DNA of 64,000 nt from an uncultured bacterium (GCA_964576275.1 CAZNUN010000004.1:28736-92735), one strand, 5' to 3'. Counted from the stretch's first letter, positions 40,219 to 50,521 are shown. Numbers and translations: made by a program. The notes: generated by a model from the sequence alone, not told the origin.

Positions 40219-42261
40219 CTATTGATTGTTCGCGTCCAGAATTAATTTCTCAACGGCGGGTGTTATCATTAATTCAACCTGTCCGGCCGGTTGCCGGGCG
40301 GCTTTAACGATTTCATCCGCCGCAACCGACCAATCCGCATCCGGTTTCGTATTAGTCTGGATAAAGTTCACCGCCTCCAGCCCGGTTTGCGCCAGGCGCG
40401 CGCTGGTTTCGGAAAGCCCGGCGATTTCCTGTAATATCGGCGAATTATTGATAATTGGCATCAGCTTCTCATGATTAGCCTGCCAGGTTTTCAGCATCGC
40501 GACGAGTTCGGACTTTGCCTGTTCATCATTTTTCTCAAGGTAACACGTAACAAGTTTATTAAAGCGCCGGGCGGTCACCGACTCAGGCCGGGCAGCGTCC
40601 ACCAAACGTGTATACGGTGAATAGGATGTATATCTCACACCCTGAAAATGGCGATTGTAAATCTTAACCGGTTCGACGATGTCAGCGAAGGTTTTCAGCA
40701 CCGTAATATCCTGGTTATTCGTCAGACGGCGGAGCATCATATCATAATTTTTAATATGAGTTAATTCGAGTTCTTCCATCTGGTGACTGATGACATCCAT
40801 CCGGCGATACATATCTTCGACGTCGCGCACCGACTGCGGCGACCAGAAACGTTCGGCAATCGCGATGGTGCGCGGCCAGATGCGCGAATCTACGGTTTCA
40901 TAGGTGACCAATTCCGCCCAGCTGGTGGCCTCACCCCCCAGGATGAATTCCTTCTCGGCGTCGCTGAGTTTGGAATCCGGCGGAATCGGATCGTTCAGAT
41001 AGTGAAACTCGGCAGGCTGGATCAGATCGATGTAATAGCCGTTGGACAGAATTCCCATGTAGCCTTTTTGCGCCGACTCGGCCAGATACTGATAACCGCG
41101 CCAGGAATGAATTACGATGTCTTTCGGCAGACCGGGCTGAAAAATCTCGTCCCAGCCGATCATTTTTTTACCGTGCTTTGTGAGAATTTTAAGAACACGC
41201 TGGTTGAAATAGCGATGCAGTTCATGATTATCCTTGAGTTTGTTTTTCTTCATAAAGGCTTGGATTTCAGGATTGGCATTCCAGTCGTTGCCGGTGTTTT
41301 CGTCGCCGCCGATATGAATATAGTCGTCCTCAAAAAGCCCGGCCATTTCTTGGAAAAATTTGTCCAGAAACTGATAGGTAAAATCTTTGGCCGGATTCAG
41401 GGTCGGATCCAATACACCCCAACTGCGCTCGACTTTAGTCGGCGTCGTCCAACTGCTGAGTTCGGGATAGGCGTAAATCCAGGAGCTGGTATGGGCCGGG
41501 ACGTCGAATTCCGGAATGACGCGGATACCGCGATCATTAGCATAGGCGATGATTTCTTTAATCTGGCTTTGGGTATAATAAAATCCATCTGAGGCTTTTT
41601 CATGCAAGAGCGGCCAGGATTTACATTCTACCCGGAAGCCCTGATTATCGGCTAAATGCCAGTGGAAAACGTTAAGTTTTATAGCGGCCATGCCATCCAG
41701 GTTACGCTTAATGACTTCGACCGGCATGAAATGGCGGCTGACGTCGATCATCAGACCGCGCCAGGTAAACCGCGGAGCATCCTTGATTTTTACTGCCGGG
41801 AAAAAATAACCTCCCGCATCGGATTGCATTAATTGTAAAAAAGTTTCCAATCCGCGCATAGCGCCCAAGTCGGTTTCGGCCTTTAATTCTATTTTCGCCG
41901 GACTGACAGTCAGTTGATAAGATTCGTTCTCATTGACGACTAATTTGCCCGGTCGGTTAATGGTAATGACGAAATTGGCCGTATCGTTTGGACTATTGGC
42001 ATAAATATAATCCTGCGGGAAAAACAGACCGGTGCGACCGGAAAGCCGCCGTAAAACCTGGGTAGCGTAACGCGCTAGGCGCTCGCCTTCCGATCCGTTG
42101 ACGGCTATACTGAATTTTGCATCCAGCCGGAATTTACCGCCACTAATCTGAACCTGAGCCGGAACCGGCATCAATATCATATTGGATGGTAGGTTATTAT
42201 CAGCGAAAAGAAAACTGATGCTGAGAAGGCAAAGTGACGCGACTAGCGGGGTCTTTTTCAT
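40219..42261 (-). CDS. beta-N-acetylhexosaminidase, glycoside hydrolase family 20
   Basis: Signal peptide. GH20 catalytic region (RGLMIDVSRHFMPVEVIKRNLDGMAAIKLNVFHWHLADNQGFR…IHIGGDE). Confidence 0.85.
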   Translation of the reverse strand: MKKTPLVASLCLLSISFLFADNNLPSNMILMPVPAQVQISGGKFRLDAKFSIAVNGSEGERLARYATQVLRRLSGRTGLFFPQDYIYANSPNDTANFVITINRPGKLVVNENESYQLTVSPAKIELKAETDLGAMRGLETFLQLMQSDAGGYFFPAVKIKDAPRFTWRGLMIDVSRHFMPVEVIKRNLDGMAAIKLNVFHWHLADNQGFRVECKSWPLLHEKASDGFYYTQSQIKEIIAYANDRGIRVIPEFDVPAHTSSWIYAYPELSSWTTPTKVERSWGVLDPTLNPAKDFTYQFLDKFFQEMAGLFEDDYIHIGGDENTGNDWNANPEIQAFMKKNKLKDNHELHRYFNQRVLKILTKHGKKMIGWDEIFQPGLPKDIVIHSWRGYQYLAESAQKGYMGILSNGYYIDLIQPAEFHYLNDPIPPDSKLSDAEKEFILGGEATSWAELVTYETVDSRIWPRTIAIAERFWSPQSVRDVEDMYRRMDVISHQMEELELTHIKNYDMMLRRLTNNQDITVLKTFADIVEPVKIYNRHFQGVRYTSYSPYTRLVDAARPESVTARRFNKLVTCYLEKNDEQAKSELVAMLKTWQANHEKLMPIINNSPILQEIAGLSETSARLAQTGLEAVNFIQTNTKPDADWSVAADEIVKAARQPAGQVELMITPAVEKLILDANNQ

Positions 42262-42284
42262 GTGGATTCCTTATTAATTAATAA

Positions 42285-43631
42285 TTACTTAATTTTCAGA
42301 TATTCCTTCCAGACGCGCGGACTGGCCTTTTGAGCTTCACCGCGAATTAATTCTTCATCGAGAGTCAAAAATGTTCCGTCGTCATAAATGCGCTGGCCGG
42401 CGACCATGACCATCGTGGCCCGGGAATTATACATTCCGTAAATGAGGTGGCCGTTGAGATTTTCAGTGTGGAATGGCGTGACCGGGACATAGTCGAAAAC
42501 GGCAATATCAGCCGCCACGCCGGGCACGATCTGGCCTAATTTAACGTCGAGGAAGCGGCTGGCGATTGCGGCGTTGGTTTTAAAAAGACAGCGCGGCAGA
42601 TAATCGAAAATCAACGGACTGGCGATTTGTGCCTGGCGTTGCGCCAAATAACCGGCGCGCAAGGTTGCCAGCATGGAAGAGGTCATGCCGTCTGTGCCCA
42701 GCCCGACTGGAATCTCCTCCGCCAGCGGCAAATCCAGGCGACCGACTGCATTATTTTGATTCGATTCCGGATTGTGAACTATCGTCGCGCCGGAGCCGGC
42801 GACTTCGGCCAGTTCGTCTGAGTCGAGATGTACGCCGTGCGCCAGGAGCGTTTTCTTTCCCATCAATCCAAAGTGTTTCAGGCGGCTGACCGGTCCGGCA
42901 TAATCCAACTCGCGGCAATGCTCCACGTCGCTTTTATCTTCGGCGCAGTGAATATGAACGCCGACTTCCGGATCGTAATGCCGGGCGATTTCCGCCATTG
43001 AATTTTCCGATAAAGTCAGATTGGCATGTAAACCGAGTGTGCCTCGCAGGCGCTTGTTTTCACGATGCGCTTCGATGAAATTCAGATTTTCCTGCAAGCC
43101 CTGGTCGAATACTTTCTGACCGTCGCGGTCGGAAATTTCATAACACAGGCAGGCGCGCAGGCCGCTGCGATCAACGACGGAAGCAATATTATCGAGACCG
43201 CCTTTGAGGTGCCGCGGCGAGGCGTGATGATCGAAAATCGTCGTCACGCCCGCCTGAATACTGTCTAAAAGCGAAAGAAGGGCGGATAATTGGACGGCCT
43301 CCGGATCGAGCGCTTTATCGAGCCGCCACCAGAGATTTTCCAGACATTCCCTGAAATTTGTAATCGGCGCGACCGGCGCGAGTCCTTTCGACAGCGCCGA
43401 GTAAAAATGATGATGCAGATTGATCAATCCCGGAAAGATCACCTTGCCCTGCGTGTCGTAAATATCCACCTTCTCCGAGTCCGTGATTTTCGGAAAAACA
43501 TCGGATTCATCGCCGACCAGTCTGATTTTCCCGGCGGCAATATAGACGGCGCCGTCCTCATAAATTTTATTGAGACCGTCGAACAGCGGGCCGCCGTAAA
43601 CGACGATCGGATTATTTTCGCTTTTGTCCAT
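42285..43631 (-). CDS. amidohydrolase-family aminohydrolase (SsnA / chlorohydrolase-like)
   Basis: Metal-binding HxH (GLINLHHHFYSAL) and downstream His/Asp ligands of the TIM-barrel amidohydrolase fold; 448 aa. Confidence 0.65.
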   Translation of the reverse strand: MDKSENNPIVVYGGPLFDGLNKIYEDGAVYIAAGKIRLVGDESDVFPKITDSEKVDIYDTQGKVIFPGLINLHHHFYSALSKGLAPVAPITNFRECLENLWWRLDKALDPEAVQLSALLSLLDSIQAGVTTIFDHHASPRHLKGGLDNIASVVDRSGLRACLCYEISDRDGQKVFDQGLQENLNFIEAHRENKRLRGTLGLHANLTLSENSMAEIARHYDPEVGVHIHCAEDKSDVEHCRELDYAGPVSRLKHFGLMGKKTLLAHGVHLDSDELAEVAGSGATIVHNPESNQNNAVGRLDLPLAEEIPVGLGTDGMTSSMLATLRAGYLAQRQAQIASPLIFDYLPRCLFKTNAAIASRFLDVKLGQIVPGVAADIAVFDYVPVTPFHTENLNGHLIYGMYNSRATMVMVAGQRIYDDGTFLTLDEELIRGEAQKASPRVWKEYLKIK

Positions 43632-43640
43632 GAATTCCTC

Positions 43641-45032
43641 TCAAATATTGCGTTTGATAAATTGCCCCGACCGCGTATCCGCCAGGCCGTTTACATCGTC
43701 ATAAACCAAATTGCCGCGCAGATAAACGGATTTGATTTTGCCCTGAAACTGGAGGCCTTCGAACGGCGTAAATTTCCCTTTCGAGAGGAAATTGGCTCCG
43801 TGAATAATCGTTGTTTGCGTTTCGTCAATGCAAACCAGATCGGCGTCGCTGCCAACCTGCAAAGTACCTTTTTGCGGGTAAAGCCCAAAGCGTTGGGCGG
43901 CGTTGGTCGAGGTCACTGCGACCAGCTGAGTCAGAGTAAGCCGCCCCTTTCGAAAACCTTCGGAATACATAAAGGGCAACAACGTGCCGACGCCGGAGAT
44001 GCCACCGTAATCGCTCCAGATCGAGCCGGTTTGTTTTTGTGGCAGAGGACAAGGCGCGTGATCGCTGGCGATGAAAGCCAGTGTGCCGTTCGCCAGCGCC
44101 TGCCAAAGCTGTTCGGAATCGGCTTTGGCCTTGACGACGGGTGCAGTTTTTAAAATACTGCCTATTTTCAGAAAATCCTCGATTGAAAAAGCCAGATAAT
44201 GCGGGCAGGTTTCGCCGGTAATGGCGGCGCCCTGAGATTTGAAATCGGCGATCAGTTCCGTGCCGCGACCGGAAGAGACATGCACGATGTGCACCGGCGA
44301 GCCGCTTTTTTCCGTCAGTTCGCCGATCCGGCGAATGGCGGCAATTTCTCCTTCTACCGGACGGGATAGCGCATAAGCGCCCGGATCGGTGCGGCCTTCC
44401 GCTACTAAGTTTTCTGTTAATGGTAGTACGATTTCAGCGGCTTCAGCGTGATGTCCGATTAAGACTCCCAATTTACCGGCGAACTTAATGACTTCTGCGA
44501 GTTCGTGCGGCGTCAAATGCGTGAAAGTCGGCATCCCGGAAAGAGAATAGGTCTTGAATCCGACGACTCCGGCATTCCATAAAGCTTGCATATTGGCCTG
44601 CCAGTTCGCTTCCTTTATACAGTTCCCAGAAACGCCACCCCACAGCGCATAATCGATATATGAACGGCCGCGAATCGCCGAAAGTTTTTTTTCTAGATTT
44701 GAAATATTCGTGACCGGCGGCAGAGAAGTGCAGGGCATGTCAATTACGGTTGTGATCCCGCCGCTGGCCGCGAAAGCCGAGCCGGCCTCGAAAGTCTCGC
44801 GCTCCTCAAAGCCTGGCGTATTGAAATGCACATGCGGGTCGATGCCGCCCGGTAGGACGAGCATCTCATGCAGGTCAACGATCTGGCAATTTTCCCCGAC
44901 ATTGAGATTAGTTCCGATAGCGGCGATTTTTCCGTTTTCGACTAAAATGTCAACTATAACACTTTCGTTACCATGCAAGGTCGGGATTCGGGTGTTTGTA
45001 AAGAAGGTCATACGATTGTCATTTAACGTCAT
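43641..45032 (-). CDS. cyclic amidohydrolase (D-hydantoinase/dihydropyrimidinase/allantoinase family)
   Basis: GGIDPHVHF metal-binding motif; 463 aa. The annotated N-terminus (MTLNDNRM) is encoded by the GTCATT repeat array, so the true start may be the internal Met at ~45011. Confidence 0.7.
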   Translation of the reverse strand: MTLNDNRMTFFTNTRIPTLHGNESVIVDILVENGKIAAIGTNLNVGENCQIVDLHEMLVLPGGIDPHVHFNTPGFEERETFEAGSAFAASGGITTVIDMPCTSLPPVTNISNLEKKLSAIRGRSYIDYALWGGVSGNCIKEANWQANMQALWNAGVVGFKTYSLSGMPTFTHLTPHELAEVIKFAGKLGVLIGHHAEAAEIVLPLTENLVAEGRTDPGAYALSRPVEGEIAAIRRIGELTEKSGSPVHIVHVSSGRGTELIADFKSQGAAITGETCPHYLAFSIEDFLKIGSILKTAPVVKAKADSEQLWQALANGTLAFIASDHAPCPLPQKQTGSIWSDYGGISGVGTLLPFMYSEGFRKGRLTLTQLVAVTSTNAAQRFGLYPQKGTLQVGSDADLVCIDETQTTIIHGANFLSKGKFTPFEGLQFQGKIKSVYLRGNLVYDDVNGLADTRSGQFIKRNI

Positions 45033-45078
45033 TGATGGTCATTGATAGTCATTTATAGTCATTTGTGGTCATTGATGG
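45007..45078. repeat. left GTCATT repeat array (7 × ~10-bp units) flanking the four-helix-bundle gene
   Basis: gtcatacgattgtcatttaacgtcattgatggtcattgatagtcatttatagtcatttgtggtcattgatgg. Confidence 0.8.
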
Positions 45079-45552
45079 AGACTGATTGTTACTATTAAGA
45101 AGAGGATTTGCCGGATTATCGGAATTTTCTGCTGATGAATCGGCGCCATACTTCGATGATGGTTCATCGACCTGTTTACCGATAATGCTGATATAGTTAT
45201 TTATTTTTACGGATAATTTCTCAATATCGTTTGTCAACTTTAAATATTCACTCTCAGTTATCAGTTTCCGATTATTAGCCTTTTTAAGCCAGCATTTTGT
45301 TTCTGACAAAGAACCTCTGGCATAATAACAAAAATGCTTATTTTCATTAAAGTGATAACGTCCAAAACCTTCCGCCAGATTCGCGGCTACTGAATCAATA
45401 GCATCAATTAATTGAATCCCGACGGTCTGTTTTTCTAAATAACTCCATTTTTGTACGATTTGCCAGATTTGTTCGCCTATCTCATTTGCCAGATTGTAAA
45501 CAATTAAATCATCTAATTGCATGAGAATAATCCTTCTGACAATAAATGACAA
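45049..45552 (-). CDS. four-helix-bundle protein (23S rRNA intervening-sequence protein family, TIGR02436/PF05635)
   Basis: …YNLANEIGEQIWQIV…SVAANLAEGFGRYHFNENKHFCYYARGSLSETKCWL… is the characteristic family core. It is inserted between two catabolic genes and flanked by inverted GTCATT arrays. Confidence 0.75.
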   Translation of the reverse strand: MSFIVRRIILMQLDDLIVYNLANEIGEQIWQIVQKWSYLEKQTVGIQLIDAIDSVAANLAEGFGRYHFNENKHFCYYARGSLSETKCWLKKANNRKLITESEYLKLTNDIEKLSVKINNYISIIGKQVDEPSSKYGADSSAENSDNPANPLLNSNNQSPSMTTNDYK

Positions 45553-45582
45553 TTCATGACAAACAATGACAACTAATGACTT
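45543..45582. repeat. right inverted ATGAC repeat array (4 units) flanking the four-helix-bundle gene
   Basis: aatgacaattcatgacaaacaatgacaactaatgac is the reverse complement orientation of the left array. Confidence 0.75.
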
Positions 45583-47039
45583 TTCTCCACAAGTTCATTG
45601 AATTGGATGATCAGTTCGTCGATTTTGTCGGCGAGACCATGTACCCGACCCCAGTACTTTTCGGCGTCGTACCACTGGGCATTGATTTCTTCGACGGTTT
45701 TACCTTGCTGTTCGATCCAGGTGAAATATTTCAGGTTGTGAATGCGCCGGCGGTCGTAGTAATTGAGTTCTTGCATAGTGTCGGTGCGCAGACCGATGAG
45801 ATGCTGATAAAAATCGCGTTCGGCGCGGGAGAGAGTGTAAGCACCATTGGCTTCTTCGTATTCTTTCAGGCGCGAGTTGTACATTTCCATAGAATCTGTA
45901 AAAACGGTCAGGATAATGTCTTTGGAAGTCAGCTCGTAATATTTGGCGAATTTGATGGCGCTGAGCAAGTTGGCAATGCTGGAAATTCCAAGCAGATCCA
46001 GTTGCCCGACCAGACTTTCGGGGACGCCGGCTTTGACCAGGTAATCGCGTCCGGTTGGGGTATTGAAGAGCGGGAGGAGATTCATCGGGTCGTTATCGTC
46101 AATGGCAATGACCATGTCGGTGTTGCGGACATTGTGAATCCAAGGCACATGCTTGTCGCCGATGCCTTCGATGCGGTGACCGCCGTAGCCGTTCAACATC
46201 AGCGTCGGGCATTGGAGAGCCTCGCTGGCGGCGATTTTAATAGCTGGGAAGCGTTCTTTGAGAAAGTCGCCGCTGGCCAGGGTGCCGGCTGAACCGGTGG
46301 TGAAAACGGCACCGGCAAAACGTTCTTGCGGGCGGCGGATTTGCTCCAGAATCTCCTTAAAGGCGTGACCGGTCACTTCGTAATGCCAAAGATAATTTCC
46401 GAATTCGTCAAATTGATTGAAAATGACAATGTCCTGCCGGGTTCGGCGCAATTCGTGACATTTATCGTAGATTTCCTTGACATTGCTCTCACAGCCGGGC
46501 GTGGCGATGATCTCGCCGGCGACGGTTTTCAACCACTCGAAACGTTCGCGGCTCATGCCTTCCGGCAGAATAGCGATCGACTCGCAGCTCAGCAAAGCCG
46601 CGTCGTACGCTCCGCCGCGGCAATAGTTGCCGGTCGAAGGCCAAACCGCTTTCTGATAGGTCGGATCGAACTGGCCGGTCACCAAACGCGGAACGAGACA
46701 GCCGAAAGTGGCGCCGACTTTATGCGCGCCGGTCGGGAACCATTTGCCGACTAAGGCGATGATCCGCGCCGGCACGCCGGTCAGGGCTGGTGGCATTTCC
46801 ATAAAGTTCACGCCGTTGAAACCTCCGCCGCTTTTCACCGGTTCATTTTTCCAGGTGACGCGGAAAAGATTGAGCGGATTGACTTCCCAGAGGCCGACTT
46901 TTTTCAGGTCGGCTTTGATATTGGCTGGAATTTTGGTTGGATCTTTGTGCTCAGCAAAAGTCGGGATGGTTATGTTACGTTCACGGCAACGCTGAGCGGT
47001 GCGTTTTAACTGCTTTTCATTAACGGTCAGATCAATCAT
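45573..47039 (-). CDS. PLP-dependent enzyme, fold type II (TrpB/CysK/threonine dehydratase superfamily) with N- and C-terminal extensions
   Basis: Lys-containing motif PTGAHKVGATFG. Glycine-rich PLP-phosphate loop (STGNYCRGGAYDAALL). 488 aa. Confidence 0.55.
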   Translation of the reverse strand: MIDLTVNEKQLKRTAQRCRERNITIPTFAEHKDPTKIPANIKADLKKVGLWEVNPLNLFRVTWKNEPVKSGGGFNGVNFMEMPPALTGVPARIIALVGKWFPTGAHKVGATFGCLVPRLVTGQFDPTYQKAVWPSTGNYCRGGAYDAALLSCESIAILPEGMSRERFEWLKTVAGEIIATPGCESNVKEIYDKCHELRRTRQDIVIFNQFDEFGNYLWHYEVTGHAFKEILEQIRRPQERFAGAVFTTGSAGTLASGDFLKERFPAIKIAASEALQCPTLMLNGYGGHRIEGIGDKHVPWIHNVRNTDMVIAIDDNDPMNLLPLFNTPTGRDYLVKAGVPESLVGQLDLLGISSIANLLSAIKFAKYYELTSKDIILTVFTDSMEMYNSRLKEYEEANGAYTLSRAERDFYQHLIGLRTDTMQELNYYDRRRIHNLKYFTWIEQQGKTVEEINAQWYDAEKYWGRVHGLADKIDELIIQFNELVEKSH

Positions 47040-47323
47040 GGAGTGTTTATCCTTTGGTGAAAATTTGTTGGTGTCGATTTCAGTATAATCACGTCATAAA
47101 ATAGCGGAAAGTTTAAAACATTCAAAGAGCGACTTATCTATTTATCAAAGATTATGCAATTCCATCTGAATCCTATTTTCCGTAGATTTATGCCGATGGA
47201 AATTCATTCACCACGGATAACACAGAGAGCCCGGAAGATTATTTATTACACTCCTTAAATTCTCTGTTATTTGGTGTAACTGATTGGATTTCAGAATTAA
47301 CCGAATAATTGACGGAACGAAAA

Positions 47324-48544
47324 ATGAAAAAGAAATTACTCAAAACTCTCAGCGTTCTCAGCATTCTCAGCGGTTTAATTAGTGCCCAAACGCTGGTAAA
47401 GCCGGGCGTTGAAGTGCTGTTGACGGAACGTCTCGATCTGATCATGGGCAAGGGCGTCGGCTTAATCACCAACCCGACCGGTGTTAACGGCAATCTGGAA
47501 TCAACGGTTGACCTTCTGCATCGCACTCCCGGCGTGCGTCTGGTGGCGCTTTTTGGACCGGAGCATGGTGTGCGCGGCGATGTGGCGGCCGGCGACGTCA
47601 TCACGGATGCAATTGATCCAAAGACGAAAATTCCGCTGTATTCGCTCTATGGTAAAAACCGGGCGCCGAACGCCGAAATGCTGAAAGGCGTAGATGTTCT
47701 GTTGTACGATATTCAGGACATCGGCAACCGAACTTACACTTACGTCTCGACGATGGCGCTGGCCATGCAGGCCGCTAAGGACAACCATATTCCCTTCGTT
47801 GTTCTCGATCGGCCCAATCCACTGGGTGGCAATCTGGTCGAAGGTCCGATGCTCGATCTGAAATTCAAGTCTTTTATCGGTTATTATCCGATACCATATT
47901 TGTATGGTCTGACGGCTGGTGAGCTGGCGCGATTTTTCAATGCTGAATTTGACATTGACTGCGATCTTACCGTCGTGCCCATGAAAGGTTGGAGCCGCGC
48001 TATGAATTTTACCGAGACCGGTCTGGAATGGGTGCCGACTTCACCGCACATTCCCCAGAAAGAAACGGCCTATTATTGCGCCGCAACCGGCGCGATTGGT
48101 GAACTGCAAACGGTCAATGTCGGGATCGGTTATACACTGCCGTTCGAGTTGGTCGGCGAGGAATGGATCGACGGCGATGATTTAGCCAGCGAGCTTAACG
48201 GACGCCATTTACCCGGTGTAGTTTTCCGACCGATATTTTATCAGCCTTTTTATGGCAATCGTCAGAAAGTTGCCCTGCAGGGCGTCCAGATTCACGTAGT
48301 TAATTATCGCCAGTTTCAGCCGATCCGGACTCAAATCCATATCCTGACCGCGTTGCAGAAGCTTTATCCCGGACATAATATTTTCGACCCGAAACGCATC
48401 GGCTCTTTCGATAAAGCCTGCGGTACGGACCGGGTGCGTCTGGCTGTTTTGGATAATAAAGACGCCGAGAGTATCATCGCCGGCTGGCAGAAGGATGTGG
48501 AAGGGTTCAAACAAAAGAGTCGTCAGTATTATCTGTATAAATAG
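47324..48544 (+). CDS. namZ: exo-beta-N-acetylmuramidase NamZ family (DUF1343)
   Basis: Signal peptide. DUF1343 core (GLITNPTGVNGNLESTVDLL…LFGPEHGVRGD…LYDIQDIGNRTYTY…VVLDRPNPLGG). Confidence 0.8.
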   Translation: MKKKLLKTLSVLSILSGLISAQTLVKPGVEVLLTERLDLIMGKGVGLITNPTGVNGNLESTVDLLHRTPGVRLVALFGPEHGVRGDVAAGDVITDAIDPKTKIPLYSLYGKNRAPNAEMLKGVDVLLYDIQDIGNRTYTYVSTMALAMQAAKDNHIPFVVLDRPNPLGGNLVEGPMLDLKFKSFIGYYPIPYLYGLTAGELARFFNAEFDIDCDLTVVPMKGWSRAMNFTETGLEWVPTSPHIPQKETAYYCAATGAIGELQTVNVGIGYTLPFELVGEEWIDGDDLASELNGRHLPGVVFRPIFYQPFYGNRQKVALQGVQIHVVNYRQFQPIRTQIHILTALQKLYPGHNIFDPKRIGSFDKACGTDRVRLAVLDNKDAESIIAGWQKDVEGFKQKSRQYYLYK

Positions 48545-48733
48545 GATCGGCGTCCGATTAATCCTATCCTTTGCGGTTAAAGAAATAAACCGCTATGGTC
48601 GCGAAGGAGTGCCAAGAAATACAAAGAAGATAAAAACATAAAAAGCCTTAGCGAATCTTAGCGTACTTTGCGGTTAAACACAGGTTTTGAAAATAACGGG
48701 AATAAGTCTATATTTCCAAAGTTGAATTATTTT

Positions 48734-49420
48734 ATGGAGCGTATGATGAATCCTTTGAGTAAAACCGAAAAAATCTGGATTGCGGTAGTCATTGGCGCTG
48801 TTTGGGGACTATCCGAAGCATTGGTCGGAATGTATATGCGAACCACGGTGGCTTATGGTATGACCGGCTCGATCATGACCGGAATCGTCGCGCTTTGGCT
48901 TGCCTTCGGATACGGCGCGATCCGACAGAGTGGGTTACTGTTCATTTCACTGGCGATGGTGGTTTTATTCAAACTTTTAGACGCCTGGCTTTTGCACTTG
49001 CCGGTAGTGCACGGCGCGGTCGGCAATCCGATTTTTGCCATGATTCTCGAAATGCTGGCATTTGCGCTGGTAGTCAACATTATCCGCCCGGAACTCAAAT
49101 CCAAAATTCACGGGCAGGCTCTGGTTGGTGGATTTTACGCTCTGATCGCCGTCAGCGCTTTTCCACTGGTGAAGCATTTCACCGGCTTGCCGGCTTGCGT
49201 CGTGCCGGGCACGACCTACCCGCTTTCGCTCTATTATGCGCCGCTGGCGATCGGCATTTCGCTGGTAACCTGTCCGGTGGGCTTATTTCTCGGTGAACGT
49301 CTGTCGGCTCTATTAATAGCTGAAAAACCATTCGCCGTAGCTCTGCACGACCGCCTGCGTCTGGTTCTGCCCGGAATAGCGGCCATGCTTTTCGTGATAG
49401 CTGTCCTGATTCGCTTATAG
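48734..49420 (+). CDS. integral membrane protein (6 predicted TM helices), unknown function
   Basis: Hydrophobic helices throughout. The start was chosen at MERMMNP. It overlaps the start of the downstream NTPase gene. Confidence 0.45.
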   Translation: MERMMNPLSKTEKIWIAVVIGAVWGLSEALVGMYMRTTVAYGMTGSIMTGIVALWLAFGYGAIRQSGLLFISLAMVVLFKLLDAWLLHLPVVHGAVGNPIFAMILEMLAFALVVNIIRPELKSKIHGQALVGGFYALIAVSAFPLVKHFTGLPACVVPGTTYPLSLYYAPLAIGISLVTCPVGLFLGERLSALLIAEKPFAVALHDRLRLVLPGIAAMLFVIAVLIRL

Positions 49421-49426
49421 CCGGAC

Positions 49427-49939
49427 TTGCCGGAACTAACTTCCAGTTCTCAAATCATCCTGACCGGCGGCATTGGAGCCGGTAAATCTACTTATGCCAA
49501 AAAATTACTTCAAAAAGCCAATCTGCAAGTCGCCGGTTTGGTAACTGAAAGAGTAATTGAAGATAGTGTCACTGTTGGTTATGCTATGCGAGAAATTGGC
49601 GGCGAAAGCCACATCTTCGCCCACCGCAAGTTTATCGATAAACCGCAATTTTATGAATACGGTCTCGATTTAACGGTCTTTGAAAATATCGGTTGTGATA
49701 TATTAAAACGAGCGGTGCATTCCGGCTTGCCAATCCTGATAGACGAACTGGGCGTGATGGAGCAAAATGCCGCGAAATTCTGTAAAGCAGTCCATGAAAT
49801 TATTTCCGGCGACAAGCCTTATTTTATTGTCATTCAGCAACGCGCCTTAAATTTCTGGCTGGGCGGGATCAGGCATGGGGAAGTGGTAGAAGTAACGAGG
49901 GAGAATCGCGAACAATTGGTTATTTATCACGCTGATTAG
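49427..49939 (+). CDS. THEP1-like P-loop nucleoside-triphosphatase
   Basis: Walker A (ILTGGIGAGKSTYA). ~170 aa. Walker B-like (ILIDELG). The 3' end is duplicated at 50621-50743. Confidence 0.65.
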   Translation: MPELTSSSQIILTGGIGAGKSTYAKKLLQKANLQVAGLVTERVIEDSVTVGYAMREIGGESHIFAHRKFIDKPQFYEYGLDLTVFENIGCDILKRAVHSGLPILIDELGVMEQNAAKFCKAVHEIISGDKPYFIVIQQRALNFWLGGIRHGEVVEVTRENREQLVIYHAD

Positions 49940-50231
49940 GTTCGATATCGGAATCAGGTAAAATTTGTCTGAGATGCCGAACCGTTAAAATCGAAATCTG
50001 TTTTAATTCTATCCGATAAATGATCCGGTAGTTGCTAAATATTAATTCCCGGATCGAGTTATCGTTTATTTCAGGAACGATGCGGCCACTATACGGAAAG
50101 GACTTCAATTGCGCCACTAATTCGAACAATTGTTTAACCCAGACACGTGCGGCTTTAGGCTTATCGCTTGCGATGTACCTGGCAATTTCAGTTACACGTT
50201 CAACGGACAGAGGAGACCAGATTATCTTCAC
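49920..50231 (-). CDS. type II toxin, ParE/RelE family
   Basis: 103 aa. The pattern (…VERVTEIARYIASDKPKAARVWVKQLFELVAQLKSFPYSGRIVPE…REL…YRIIYRI…ILTVRH) is typical of ParE/RelE. It is translationally coupled to the upstream Phd gene. Confidence 0.8.
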   Translation of the reverse strand: MKIIWSPLSVERVTEIARYIASDKPKAARVWVKQLFELVAQLKSFPYSGRIVPEINDNSIRELIFSNYRIIYRIELKQISILTVRHLRQILPDSDIEPNQRDK

Positions 50232-50521
50232 TGGCTGATTCTGTCAAGAATTGTCGCTTTTGCCACAGAGTCAGAAATTCCCTGACCTTCCTCGATTTGT
50301 GATTTGGCTAATTGAATATCCTTCAATAATTCCAATTTATCGAGGAGCGCCTCATATTCTGAAACGTCCATCAAGACGGCACTGCTTTTACCATTCTGAG
50401 TTATCAGTAACGGTCTTTTGGTTTTTTGGATATGATCCAGATAAGATTTGATGTTAGAGCGAAATTCGCTGAGCGGCTTTATATCTTTATCAAGTTGTAT
50501 TCTTTGCATCACGTTCTCCAA
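50228..50521 (-). CDS. type II antitoxin, Phd/YefM family
   Basis: 97 aa; Phd/YefM pattern (…LSEFRSNIKSYLDHIQKTKRPLLITQNGKSSAVLMDVSEYEALLDKLELLKD). Confidence 0.85.
   Translation of the reverse strand: MENVMQRIQLDKDIKPLSEFRSNIKSYLDHIQKTKRPLLITQNGKSSAVLMDVSEYEALLDKLELLKDIQLAKSQIEEGQGISDSVAKATILDRISQ

Noticed and set aside
48668-48733. Upstream Met (48668) as the start of the membrane protein
   Set aside because: The first 22 residues (MRLNTGFENNGNKSIFPKLNYF) are hydrophilic and low complexity; the downstream ATG at 48734 (MERMMNP) directly precedes the first TM helix.
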